Made by a program: the position numbers and the translations under genes. From Candidatus Micrarchaeota archaeon (GTDB lineage Archaea; Micrarchaeota; Micrarchaeia; Anstonellales; Anstonellaceae), in the NCBI GenBank assembly GCA_964581105.1, contig CAZOMB010000002.1:4015-68014 (forward strand): a stretch of DNA of 64,000 nucleotides, read 5' to 3'. Shown here one piece after another: positions 26,872 to 35,574 of the stretch. A model generated the notes under the pieces. The model ran no database searches. It was not told the DNA's origin and saw nothing but the letters and a program-made list of their open reading frames with translations. Positions within the stretch are counted from its first letter, which is position 1; every line of letters begins with the position of its first letter.

Positions 26872-27345
26872 ATGCAGATGCCTGAGTCTGAGCTAATACG
26901 CTCTGAGTGCATGGTAAGGGATTTGCAGTTCAATGAGGATGTGAAACTTACAAGAAAGGCGCTTGTAAGGTGGCTTGCCTTGTCATTGGGCCTGATTTCC
27001 CCAAATGAGTCAAGAAAAGGGCTTTTAGAGGTCTTGGAGGCATTGCTTTTTTTTCATTACAGGAAAAGAAAGTCTGGCTCTGACCCAAATATACACCAGC
27101 TTCTTGAGAAAATAGGGAAAATAAAAAAGAGCGGGCCCAACCCAAAGGCAGTCAGGTACCATTTGCTGCAGCTCAAAAAGCGCGGGATAATTGAGACAAA
27201 AAAAAGAAAATACCGCTTTTCCCTTGCCCCTATGCAGGAAAATGATGACCTGTCAGTTGCGCTTGCCAATGTTTACAGGCAGAGGATGGACTCTTCCTTT
27301 GCCAAAATAAAAAAGGCACTTTCGCTTCTTGAGAAGACGCTTTAG
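26872..27345 (+). CDS. Winged-helix DNA-binding protein (putative regulator)
   Basis: NPKAVRYHLLQLKKRGIIETKKRKYRF wHTH pattern. Confidence 0.65.
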   Translation: MQMPESELIRSECMVRDLQFNEDVKLTRKALVRWLALSLGLISPNESRKGLLEVLEALLFFHYRKRKSGSDPNIHQLLEKIGKIKKSGPNPKAVRYHLLQLKKRGIIETKKRKYRFSLAPMQENDDLSVALANVYRQRMDSSFAKIKKALSLLEKTL

Positions 27346-27908
27346 TCAGAAGCATTTGCCTGAAGGATGCGTGGGGAATATTTCTTCTCAGCCCCTATTG
27401 CAGCCTGAAGCAGCTTTTCCTTCCATATATATATGTCAGTCAGCTCGTTGATGGGCAACCTTATTTTGTCCAGCTGGCGTATTCTTAGCCATCCAGGACA
27501 ATCAGAGGTGCTTATTCTTTTTACCCCAAATCGCAACTCGAGATGTGTGGTTGTGAAATACTCTAAAAACGCGCCTGCGCCCTTTGCCTTTTCCCCGTAT
27601 ATGGCATTTTTTGGCTCGTACTTTGATGTCAATGCTTGGTCATTGTATTTGGAATAGGTTATGTAACCAAAACGAAAAATGTTTTGTTGGGTTGGAATCA
27701 GTTCTGATAAAAAAACAGGGAGAGGTATTTGCATCACAAGCCTGCAATTTGAAGGCAGATGCTCGCGTACTTTTGATTCCCCTGGGCTTCGGACGAAAAA
27801 ATTGTATTCCAAATCCTCTTCGCCCCCGAAGTTCTTTAGGATGTCTATAAAGCGTTTTGGCTTGGCTGGTCGGAAATTGTGATGGGTTGGGAGTTTCAGG
27901 AGTTTCAT
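27342..27908 (-). CDS. Orphan protein
   Basis: 188-aa ORF; TATA (CATATATAAA) about 25 nt upstream. Confidence 0.55.
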   Translation of the reverse strand: MKLLKLPTHHNFRPAKPKRFIDILKNFGGEEDLEYNFFVRSPGESKVREHLPSNCRLVMQIPLPVFLSELIPTQQNIFRFGYITYSKYNDQALTSKYEPKNAIYGEKAKGAGAFLEYFTTTHLELRFGVKRISTSDCPGWLRIRQLDKIRLPINELTDIYIWKEKLLQAAIGAEKKYSPRILQANASD

Positions 27909-27976
27909 AATTTATTGTTGTTGCTAATGTTTATATATGCTTTAGTCTCTGTCCCAAACCTTCCTGAGAAGACGCC

Positions 27977-28399
27977 TTAATCCCTTGTTCCCTCTGAGAG
28001 GGAGATGTCTGCAAATCCATTCGCTTTCCCTTTAACTGAAATGCCGCACTTTCTAAGGTCGTTTCCTATGGTTGCCCTTATGTCATTTTTCAGAGTTTCA
28101 ATGGCATGGTTGTAGAAGCGCTCGCCATCTTTCTCTAAAAGCGCAACTGGCTTTCCATTGTCCTCAAAGAGCTTGAAAAAGAAGACTGCATCCAATGGAA
28201 CTTCTGGTTCTATTTCCCGGCCCTTTTCAAGGGGTTTTGAGCTCACTGTTGTAAAGCTGTTGTGCTTGCCAGAGCTTTTCTTTTCCCTTTGGATTGAAAC
28301 CTGATATTGCAGGTTCTGCGCCCCATTGTCAATTATCGAGGGAAGCTTGACTTTTGTTACCACAAGGTGAAGCTGCCCCTGTTTTTGTTTTCCCACCAT
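27977..28399 (-). CDS. Orphan protein
   Basis: 140-aa ORF; TATA-like CATATAAG upstream. Confidence 0.55.
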   Translation of the reverse strand: MVGKQKQGQLHLVVTKVKLPSIIDNGAQNLQYQVSIQREKKSSGKHNSFTTVSSKPLEKGREIEPEVPLDAVFFFKLFEDNGKPVALLEKDGERFYNHAIETLKNDIRATIGNDLRKCGISVKGKANGFADISLSEGTRD

Positions 28400-28436
28400 C
28401 AAACACAGAATAACAGGAAAAACTTATATGCGTTTG

Positions 28437-29429
28437 TCAGATAGGTTCAAAAAAGGGCAGGAAAATTGGGGATGAAAGAAGCCTGTAAAAGCCGATTGCA
28501 GCAACTATTGAAAGCACAAGCGAAGCAAGGGGGTAAAGCACCAGGTCTGCAGTTGCAATTGAAACAGCATTAAAGGAAACCGGCAACAAAGGCTGTACCT
28601 TTGAGCCAAAGTCGCCCTGTGACATCTCATTTACCTTGTCGCGCACTGCTGATGTTGAGTCAAGGTCAAGAAGGGGTATTGAGGCAAATTCCGCGTTAAA
28701 TGAGTCAAGCTCTTCAATTGCCTGGCTTGCTGATGTATGGGATATTGTCACTGTAAAAGAGTACAGGAAAAGCAGGGGATAGACAATATGGGCAGCTATT
28801 GCGATTGCCATTGCAGCTGCGCCTAATTTTCTTGTTGCAAAAAATGTCCGCAAAATCAAGCCTGCAGGAAGGAAAACTGCCAAAGCCGCTGTTTTCACAA
28901 AATCAGCAAGCCCAAGCTCAAGAAAGGACAGGGCTGCAAGCCTGTGCGCATTTTCAGAGGCATTTGAAAGCTGCTTTGAAGCTGACTCAAGCGCAAAAAA
29001 AGGCTGGGCAGTAATCACCCCAACAGACATTCCTAATGAGCTTGCAAAGCCTGTTATGTCTGCTGCCCGAGACAGGGAAATCCCAAGGTGCTCAAAGGAA
29101 CTTTGCAATGCCTCGATGTTGCAGGAGTAATATGAATAAGGCGAGCCTGCAGGGTTTTGCGTGCCTGGGCAGTCTGGCAGCGCTTCTTGTGAAACAAGTG
29201 ATGACACAGAAGAGTCCAAAAGCAGGGTAAATGCGAGCAGTGCGCCAACCATTGCAGCTGAGATTATGCCTTGGCCTATTTCCTCTGCCCCAAGTATTCT
29301 CATTCTCCTTATCCTAAAGCCCAAGCCAGTTCCAAACAGCATGCCGCCTATGAGTATTGAGATTGTTGCTGCTATTATTGCTATGTCAAAGCCGGCTGCA
29401 TGTGCGTGCAATTCTGAAAGGAGCGTCAT
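28437..29429 (-). CDS. Multi-TM membrane protein, possibly VirB6/CedA-like
   Basis: FLPAGLILRTFFATRKLGAAAMAIAIAAHIVYP; N-terminal two-helix pilin-like segment; Cys-pair extracellular loop. Confidence 0.5.
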   Translation of the reverse strand: MTLLSELHAHAAGFDIAIIAATISILIGGMLFGTGLGFRIRRMRILGAEEIGQGIISAAMVGALLAFTLLLDSSVSSLVSQEALPDCPGTQNPAGSPYSYYSCNIEALQSSFEHLGISLSRAADITGFASSLGMSVGVITAQPFFALESASKQLSNASENAHRLAALSFLELGLADFVKTAALAVFLPAGLILRTFFATRKLGAAAMAIAIAAHIVYPLLFLYSFTVTISHTSASQAIEELDSFNAEFASIPLLDLDSTSAVRDKVNEMSQGDFGSKVQPLLPVSFNAVSIATADLVLYPLASLVLSIVAAIGFYRLLSSPIFLPFFEPI

Positions 29430-29433
29430 AAGC

Positions 29434-29931
29434 CTAAATGTCCTTTACAAATTTCACTACCAGGACACCGCCAAGTGCGCCGAGTATTGTGTCAACTGCA
29501 ATTATTGCCAAGAGAGCCACATACACCAAGATTCCCTCGACATAGCTTCCAAGAGGCAGGGTGTCTGCAAAAAGGAATATTAGCACAAGCAGGAGGGCAG
29601 ATATAAAAGAGCCTGCAAGGCATGAAAGCGCCCCAACAAGCGCCCCTCTTTGGAAGCTGAGCGGCTTTTTCCTGAGCTTTTCAAGCACAAGGGTTGAAAC
29701 AGCGCCTGCAAGTATGGGAAGAAGGCATATGACTGGGATGAATGATACCACTACCAAATCCTCTTCTATGAAAAATACTGCGCCTTCTGCTGCAATGAAA
29801 AATGCAAGCAAGAGAAATGAACCAGGGATTATTGCAACAAGATATTCCCCAAGGCTGCGGATTATTCCCTTTGGAAGGAATGAAAGAACAGAGCTTTGGT
29901 CTGGCATCTTCTGCTGTTTTGAAGCTGTCAA
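29434..29931 (-). CDS. Four-TM membrane protein
   Basis: TTG start after AGGTGA; GALVGA and GALGGV small-residue helices. Confidence 0.6.
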   Translation of the reverse strand: MTASKQQKMPDQSSVLSFLPKGIIRSLGEYLVAIIPGSFLLLAFFIAAEGAVFFIEEDLVVVSFIPVICLLPILAGAVSTLVLEKLRKKPLSFQRGALVGALSCLAGSFISALLLVLIFLFADTLPLGSYVEGILVYVALLAIIAVDTILGALGGVLVVKFVKDI

Positions 29932-29974
29932 AATATCACCTTGATACTATGGGCACGCCTGCAAATATAAATGC

Positions 29975-30337
29975 TTACCCTGAAGGCTGCTTTTTCTCTG
30001 GCTCTGGGCTTTTTTGCTCTGCTGGCTGGCTTGCCTGCTTGCTTTCAGGGGGCTTTTGCGCCTGTTCTGAAGCCTCGTATTTCTTTGCAAAGTCTTCCAA
30101 AGCAGAGGCAAGCTGTGCGCCTCTTTCAGTAAGCCTAAAAATATTCTGCCTCCCTTTTCTTTCAGACTCTACTATTCCCTGCCTTTTGAGCACAGCCAGA
30201 AGGTTCACTGTATGCACATATGATGAGTGTGATTCTCTTGCAAGCTTTGAAGGGTACCATGACTGCTCAGAATCCTTGAGAAGCAGAAGAACAGCGCAGG
30301 GTTTTGCCTTGAGGAAAAGGTTTTTCATAAAACTCAC
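29975..30337 (-). CDS. Winged-helix transcriptional regulator
   Basis: YPSKLARESHSSYVHTVNLLAVLKRQGIVESERKGRQNIFRLTERG; GTGA overlap with pyrB stop. Confidence 0.75.
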   Translation of the reverse strand: MSFMKNLFLKAKPCAVLLLLKDSEQSWYPSKLARESHSSYVHTVNLLAVLKRQGIVESERKGRQNIFRLTERGAQLASALEDFAKKYEASEQAQKPPESKQASQPAEQKSPEPEKKQPSG

Positions 30338-31233
30338 TTTTTGAGGCAGTGCACAAGTATTGCCATGCGCACTGCAACGCCGTTTTTTGCCTGCATAAAG
30401 TATTTTGCCCTGGGGTCTGAATCAAATTCTTTTGGTATTTCGTCAACCCTTGGCAATGGGTGCATGACTGCCATTCTTTTTGGCGCACTTTTAAGCTGGC
30501 TTGCGCTTAGGTGGAATTTCTTCTGCGCCAGCCTTGCCTGGCCAGAGTCTGAAAACCTTTCCTTTTGTATCCTTCCAGTGTAAAGTATGTCGCATGAGCA
30601 AAGGTCTGCTTCCTGAGTCTCAATTATTTTTGCTTTGAATTTTGCCCTTGCCTTTTTGACAAGCGATTTTTCCATTTCAAGCCCAGGAGGTGAAACCAGG
30701 GTTAATTTTGCATTGAACATTGCAAGTGCAATAAAAAGTGAGCGCATTGCCCGCGCATGCTTTAAATCGCCAAGCAAAGTTATGTTTAACCCTTTGATTT
30801 TTCCTTTGAGCTTTTTGATTGTGTACAAATCTATTAGTGCCTGTGTTGGGTGGCTTTGTGCCCCATCGCCGGCGTTTATCACTGGGTGTGATGCTATTTT
30901 TGCTGCCAATGAGGCAGAGCCTTCATTCGGGTGGCGGATTATTATTGCATCTGCATAAGAGTCAAGCATTTTTATTGAGTCTTCAAATGACTCGCCCTTT
31001 TTGCATGAGCTTGTGCTTAGGCAAAACTCAAGGCTTTGCGCACCAAGCCTTTTGCAGGCTGCCTGGAATGAAAGGTTTGTTCTTGTTGAAGGCTCAAAGA
31101 ACATGTTGGCAATAAGCTTTCCTTTTAGAGGCAAATGCCCTGCTTTTTTCAGGAGCTTTTCCATTTTTGCTGATTCTGACAAAAGAAACTGTATTTGCTT
31201 TTTTCCTAGCTGCTCTATTGAAAGAAGGTCCAT
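30334..31233 (-). CDS. pyrB: Aspartate carbamoyltransferase catalytic subunit
   Basis: FFEPSTRT, KGESFEDS, INAGDGAQSHPTQALID, MHPLPRVDEI, NGVAVRMA. Confidence 0.97.
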   Translation of the reverse strand: MDLLSIEQLGKKQIQFLLSESAKMEKLLKKAGHLPLKGKLIANMFFEPSTRTNLSFQAACKRLGAQSLEFCLSTSSCKKGESFEDSIKMLDSYADAIIIRHPNEGSASLAAKIASHPVINAGDGAQSHPTQALIDLYTIKKLKGKIKGLNITLLGDLKHARAMRSLFIALAMFNAKLTLVSPPGLEMEKSLVKKARAKFKAKIIETQEADLCSCDILYTGRIQKERFSDSGQARLAQKKFHLSASQLKSAPKRMAVMHPLPRVDEIPKEFDSDPRAKYFMQAKNGVAVRMAILVHCLKK

Positions 31234-31293
31234 TTGTACACCAGAAACTAGTGTGTGAAAAGATTTATAAAATAAAGTTTATGTTTTGGCTTT

Positions 31294-32166
31294 TTACATT
31301 GCTTTGAGCCTTTTTATCCTCTCGTCAATTGGGGGATGGGTTGAAAATGCGCCTGACAATGAAACAGGGCTTGCAAAGTAAATGGGCGCGGTTGCGTCTG
31401 ACGCTCTTTGCACTTTTGCGCCTTTTTTCTTTATTTTCTCCAGCGCTGACGCAAGCCCAGGAGGGTATCTGGTGAGGTTTGCGCCTGTTGCATCTGCCAA
31501 ATACTCTCGCTGGCGTGACAAGGCAAGCCTTACCAAATGCGCTGCTATTGGCGCAATGATTATTATCAAAAGCCCGATTATGGCAAACAGGCCACCTCCT
31601 CCTTTTCTTCCTCTTCCTGCACCCCAGAACATTGAGCGTATGCCAAGCTCTGATATTATTGCAACCAAGCCCACCATTACAACCACTAAAGTCGCAAGGC
31701 GGCAGTCAAAGTTTTTTATGTGGGACATTTCATGGGCTGCGACCCCTTCAAGCTCTGTTCTGTTCAATGCTTTGAGAAGTCCGGTGGTAAATGCAACTGA
31801 TGCCTTTTCAGGAGAAGTTCCTGTTGCAAATGCATTGAGCGCAGGGTCATCAATAACATATATTTTTGGCTTTGGTATCCCTGCTGCCAAAGACAGGCCT
31901 TCAATGACATTCACCAAGTAAGGAAACTCGTTTTTGCGAGCCTTTCTTGCCCCAGACATTGTGAGAACAAGCTTGTCAGCATAAAAGTAGCTTGCAAGTA
32001 TGTAAATTATTGCAAATGTGGTGCTTATTGCAAGGCCAAATATTCCACCATCAAGAAAAAGCCAGGTAAATGCATAAATTGCTGCAAAGGCAACTGCAAA
32101 TACAACTACTATCAAAAGGTATGAATTGCGCTTGTTTGCAGCTATTTGGTCGTAAAAGCTTGCCAT
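31294..32166 (-). CDS. htpX: Zinc metalloprotease HtpX (M48)
   Basis: NAFATG, AHEMSH, SRQREYLAD, LASALEKI, FSTHPPIDERI. Confidence 0.95.
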   Translation of the reverse strand: MASFYDQIAANKRNSYLLIVVVFAVAFAAIYAFTWLFLDGGIFGLAISTTFAIIYILASYFYADKLVLTMSGARKARKNEFPYLVNVIEGLSLAAGIPKPKIYVIDDPALNAFATGTSPEKASVAFTTGLLKALNRTELEGVAAHEMSHIKNFDCRLATLVVVMVGLVAIISELGIRSMFWGAGRGRKGGGGLFAIIGLLIIIIAPIAAHLVRLALSRQREYLADATGANLTRYPPGLASALEKIKKKGAKVQRASDATAPIYFASPVSLSGAFSTHPPIDERIKRLKAM

Positions 32167-32182
32167 GCCTCTCACCATGGCA

Positions 32183-32731
32183 TCAGAATTTTACCTTCAC
32201 ATTCTTGCGCTCTTCCCCTTGTGCCTTGAAATAATCGCGCCTTGTGAAGCTGAACATGCCTGCCACTATGTTTGTTGGCACTGTCTGTATTGCAGTATTA
32301 AAGGCAAGGACTGAGTCATTGTAAAACTGGCGCGCATATGCTATTTTGCTCTCAATTCCTGCAAGCTCTTCCTGCAGCATCATGAAATTCTCGTTTGCGC
32401 GAAGCTTTGGGTAGTTTTCAGCAACTGCCAGAATGCTTTTCAAGGTCTCTGAAAGCATGTTGTCTGCTTTTGCCTTTTGGCCTATTGACTTTGCCCTTCC
32501 TGTTGCTGCCCTTGCTTTTGTAATGTCCTTGAAAAGGCTTTTCTCATGCTTTGCATAGCCTTTTACTGTCTGGACAAGGTTTGGCACCAAATCATACCTT
32601 CTCTTGAGCTGCACGTCTATTTGCGACCAGGCATTGTTTATCCTCGCCCTTTGTGTAATAAGTGAGTTGTATGTCAGGAAAAAGAATATTGCCACGAGAA
32701 TAACGAAGCCAATTAACAGTATTCCAAGCAT
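32183..32731 (-). CDS. lemA: LemA family protein
   Basis: YNSLI, AWSQIDVQLKRRYDLVPNLV, ENYPKLRA, YARQFYND. Confidence 0.96.
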   Translation of the reverse strand: MLGILLIGFVILVAIFFFLTYNSLITQRARINNAWSQIDVQLKRRYDLVPNLVQTVKGYAKHEKSLFKDITKARAATGRAKSIGQKAKADNMLSETLKSILAVAENYPKLRANENFMMLQEELAGIESKIAYARQFYNDSVLAFNTAIQTVPTNIVAGMFSFTRRDYFKAQGEERKNVKVKF

Positions 32732-32763
32732 TTTCACACCTCCCAGTTAAAATGCAAAAAAAG

Positions 32764-33018
32764 CTAGCGGACTGCTTTTTTATCCACGATTATGTGGTCA
32801 GATGCCGCAAGCACAGACGAGTATGGGACAACCAGAAGGCCATCCTCCTTGTTCATGCGCCTTGCAGTGGGGTTGTCAAGGTTGGGCTCCAAAAGCAGGT
32901 TTTCCACCTTTCCAGTGCCCTCTGACACCTCAAGGTCAATGAGCCTTCCCAGCTCCTCGCCGTCGTTTGTAATTATTTTTTTGCCTGCCAGCTGTTTTGC
33001 AATAACAATTTTCACCAT
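32764..33018 (-). CDS. PRC-barrel domain protein (CdpB-like)
   Basis: LAGKKIITNDGEELGRLIDL, VPYSSVLAASDHIIV; AGGTGA RBS. Confidence 0.85.
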   Translation of the reverse strand: MVKIVIAKQLAGKKIITNDGEELGRLIDLEVSEGTGKVENLLLEPNLDNPTARRMNKEDGLLVVPYSSVLAASDHIIVDKKAVR

Positions 33019-33105
33019 GAGCTCACCTTTGATTCTTGATGGCATATCTATCCTGTTCAAATTTAAAAAGCTTTAGTTCGTCGGGCAGAAAACAGGGGTA
33101 GTTGG

Positions 33106-33771
33106 CTAGCCTGTATCCTCTTTTGGCCTTTTTTTAACTGTTTTTGGGAAAAGGTCTTCGCTGGAAATGGTCTTAGGACCACCAGGGTCTTTTCCATAAA
33201 GGAGAGAAACTTTTCGCAAGAATTTCTTAATAGGGGTTTTTTCCTTGAATATTTCTAGAACAAAATCGTTTGTGCGGGCAGTGTGCACGGCCTTTGCATA
33301 GTATGATTTGCCAATATCCGAGTAATAGACTTCCACATAAAAAAGTGCACATGCTTCTAAAACTTTCTTGTCCCCATATTCTATGATGTGCTGTATGTAA
33401 TTTGCTTCTTTTGATAACTGGCTGCCTGAGCTATAAACCCCCTTAACCTTGGTGCTGATGTCCTTTGCCTCTTTAACTGCTTCTTTGACTGCCTTTATAC
33501 CCGAGTCTGCAGCTGAAAGTGCTTTTGTTCCTTTCTCAAAATAAGCCATTAGGTTTGCAAGGTCCTTGTAATTTTTATTAATCTCTATGGTCTTTTTTGC
33601 AGCCTTGTTCTTGCTGGCCTTAAAATCCATATATTCCTTCAGCGTTTTCAGATACTCATCAGTTAGTGGTCTGCACTCGTTAAGATACCCGTTAAGAGGC
33701 ACAAACCCCTTAGACTTTCCTCTATCTAACAAGTTTACCTTCTTTTCCTTCTTTTTTAGCTTAATTCTCAT
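33106..33771 (-). CDS. Orphan Lys-rich helical protein
   Basis: 221-aa ORF with its own TATA (TATTTAAATA). Confidence 0.55.
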   Translation of the reverse strand: MRIKLKKKEKKVNLLDRGKSKGFVPLNGYLNECRPLTDEYLKTLKEYMDFKASKNKAAKKTIEINKNYKDLANLMAYFEKGTKALSAADSGIKAVKEAVKEAKDISTKVKGVYSSGSQLSKEANYIQHIIEYGDKKVLEACALFYVEVYYSDIGKSYYAKAVHTARTNDFVLEIFKEKTPIKKFLRKVSLLYGKDPGGPKTISSEDLFPKTVKKRPKEDTG

Positions 33772-33883
33772 ACAAATCCTCTGCTAAACTGTGTTTAGAA
33801 GTATTTAAATATGTATACTCTTCCACCATAAAGAGGCGGCTTTTTATTTGTGAGCTGCGCTTTTTCAAGCAGGGGTGTCAAAT

Positions 33884-34648
33884 ATGAAGGATAAGGGAAA
33901 ACACCTAGGAAAAATAGTGAAAAATGGAAAAGTGCTTATTTTGGCAATGGACCAGGGAATGGAGCATGGGCCAAAAGACTTTAACCAGAAGAATATTGAC
34001 CCTGAGTATGTGCTTGACATTGCCTGCAAAGGAGGCTTTACTGGCCTTGCTATTCAGAAGGGTGTTGCAAAGCACTATAAGGAGAATTACTCTGGCAAAG
34101 TGCCGCTTGTGCTAAAGCTTAATGGAAGGACAAATATCGTGCCAAAACAGGAGGTTTATTCGCCGCAGGTCGCGTCAGTAAAAGAGGCAATTGCTTTGGG
34201 AGCTGATGCTGTTGGCTATACTATTTATGTTGGCTCGCCAATGGAAGCGCAAATGTTCAAGGAACTTGGAAAGATAGAAGAAGAGGCACATGATTATGGC
34301 CTGCCTTGTGTTGTGTGGTCTTACCCCAGGGGAAAGCACGTGCCAAATGAAAAAGACCCTGCAATGGTTGCTTATGCTGCAAGAGTGGCACTGGAATTGG
34401 GCGCTGATGTTGTGAAAGTGAATTATACTGGTGATGTTGAAAGTTTCAAATGGGTAGTAAAGTCTGCCGGCCGCTGCAAGGTAATTTCTGCAGGGGGAAG
34501 CAAACTGACTGATGAGCAGTTTATTGCAAAAGTAAAAGAAGTGCTTGCTGCTGGCGGGGCTGGAATGGCTATAGGGAGGAATGTCTGGCAGAATGAAAAC
34601 CCTATGAAAATCACAAAAGAGATAACAAAGGTTGTCCTTGGAGATTAA
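33884..34648 (+). CDS. fba: Class I fructose-bisphosphate aldolase (DhnA/FbaB type)
   Basis: LAMDQGMEHGP, LKLNG, WSYPRG, ELGADVVKVNYTG, AGG, GRNVWQ. Confidence 0.93.
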   Translation: MKDKGKHLGKIVKNGKVLILAMDQGMEHGPKDFNQKNIDPEYVLDIACKGGFTGLAIQKGVAKHYKENYSGKVPLVLKLNGRTNIVPKQEVYSPQVASVKEAIALGADAVGYTIYVGSPMEAQMFKELGKIEEEAHDYGLPCVVWSYPRGKHVPNEKDPAMVAYAARVALELGADVVKVNYTGDVESFKWVVKSAGRCKVISAGGSKLTDEQFIAKVKEVLAAGGAGMAIGRNVWQNENPMKITKEITKVVLGD

Positions 34649-34668
34649 GCGGTGGTTGATTGCAAATT

Positions 34669-35574
34669 ATGACCCTTTCACAGCACCTTAAAAAAGCAGG
34701 GATAAGCCCTGAGCTTCGGCGCCTGATTTTTTCATTTGCGCACATTTCCCTGGATGCACAGCATTATTTCCCAAAATATTTGCAGGGAACAACGGGGGAT
34801 AAGAACAAGTATGGTGAGGCTGTTGCTGCTTTGGATGAATGGGTGAATGGTTTTTTGTGCGACAGGCTTGTGAAAACCGGCCTTGTGAGGAAGATTTATT
34901 CTGAGGAGCTCAAAAAGCCCCTTTTTGTGAATAAGCGGGCGCCTTTTGTTGTCACTTTAGACCCTCTTGACGGGTCATCAAATATTGTTACCAATAACCC
35001 GTTTGGCTCAATCGTCGGCGTCTATAAAAAGGATTTGCCGCAGCCTGGCAAAAGGCTGGTTGCTGCCTTTTACAAGCTTTATGGCCCTGTGAATACTTTT
35101 GTTTATACTGTCGGCAATGGCACGCATGAGTTTGTAAAGCATTATGACGGCGATGGGAAGGCGCAGTTTTTGCTTCTTTCAGAAAACATGAAGCTTCCAA
35201 AAAAAGGAGAAGTATTTGGCATTGGAGGCTATCCAATGGACTGGGGCCCGAAATTTTTGAAGTTTGCAAAAGACCTGTTCAGGAAAGAGAAACTAAAGGT
35301 AAGGTATTGCGGGACTTTTGTTGCTGATTTTTCGCAAATCCTGCACAGGGGCGGGATTTTTGCTTATCCGTCTGCAAAGAAAAAGCCTAAAGGGAAGTTA
35401 AGGCTGACTTATGAGGCGCAGCCAATGGCATTCATCATTGAGCAGGCAGGTGGTGCTTCCTGGTCTGGCAAAGGGTCTTTGGTTGATGTAAAGGAAAAGA
35501 ATGTTGATGCCAGGGTGCCGCTTTACCTGGGAAACAGGAAATTGATTTCAAAGCTGAAAAGGGCTGTAAAGTGA
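34669..35574 (+). CDS. fbp: Fructose-1,6-bisphosphatase class I
   Basis: SEE, LDPLDGSSN, GSIVG, RYCGTFVAD, GKLRLTYEAQPMAFIIEQAGG. Confidence 0.93.
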   Translation: MTLSQHLKKAGISPELRRLIFSFAHISLDAQHYFPKYLQGTTGDKNKYGEAVAALDEWVNGFLCDRLVKTGLVRKIYSEELKKPLFVNKRAPFVVTLDPLDGSSNIVTNNPFGSIVGVYKKDLPQPGKRLVAAFYKLYGPVNTFVYTVGNGTHEFVKHYDGDGKAQFLLLSENMKLPKKGEVFGIGGYPMDWGPKFLKFAKDLFRKEKLKVRYCGTFVADFSQILHRGGIFAYPSAKKKPKGKLRLTYEAQPMAFIIEQAGGASWSGKGSLVDVKEKNVDARVPLYLGNRKLISKLKRAVK

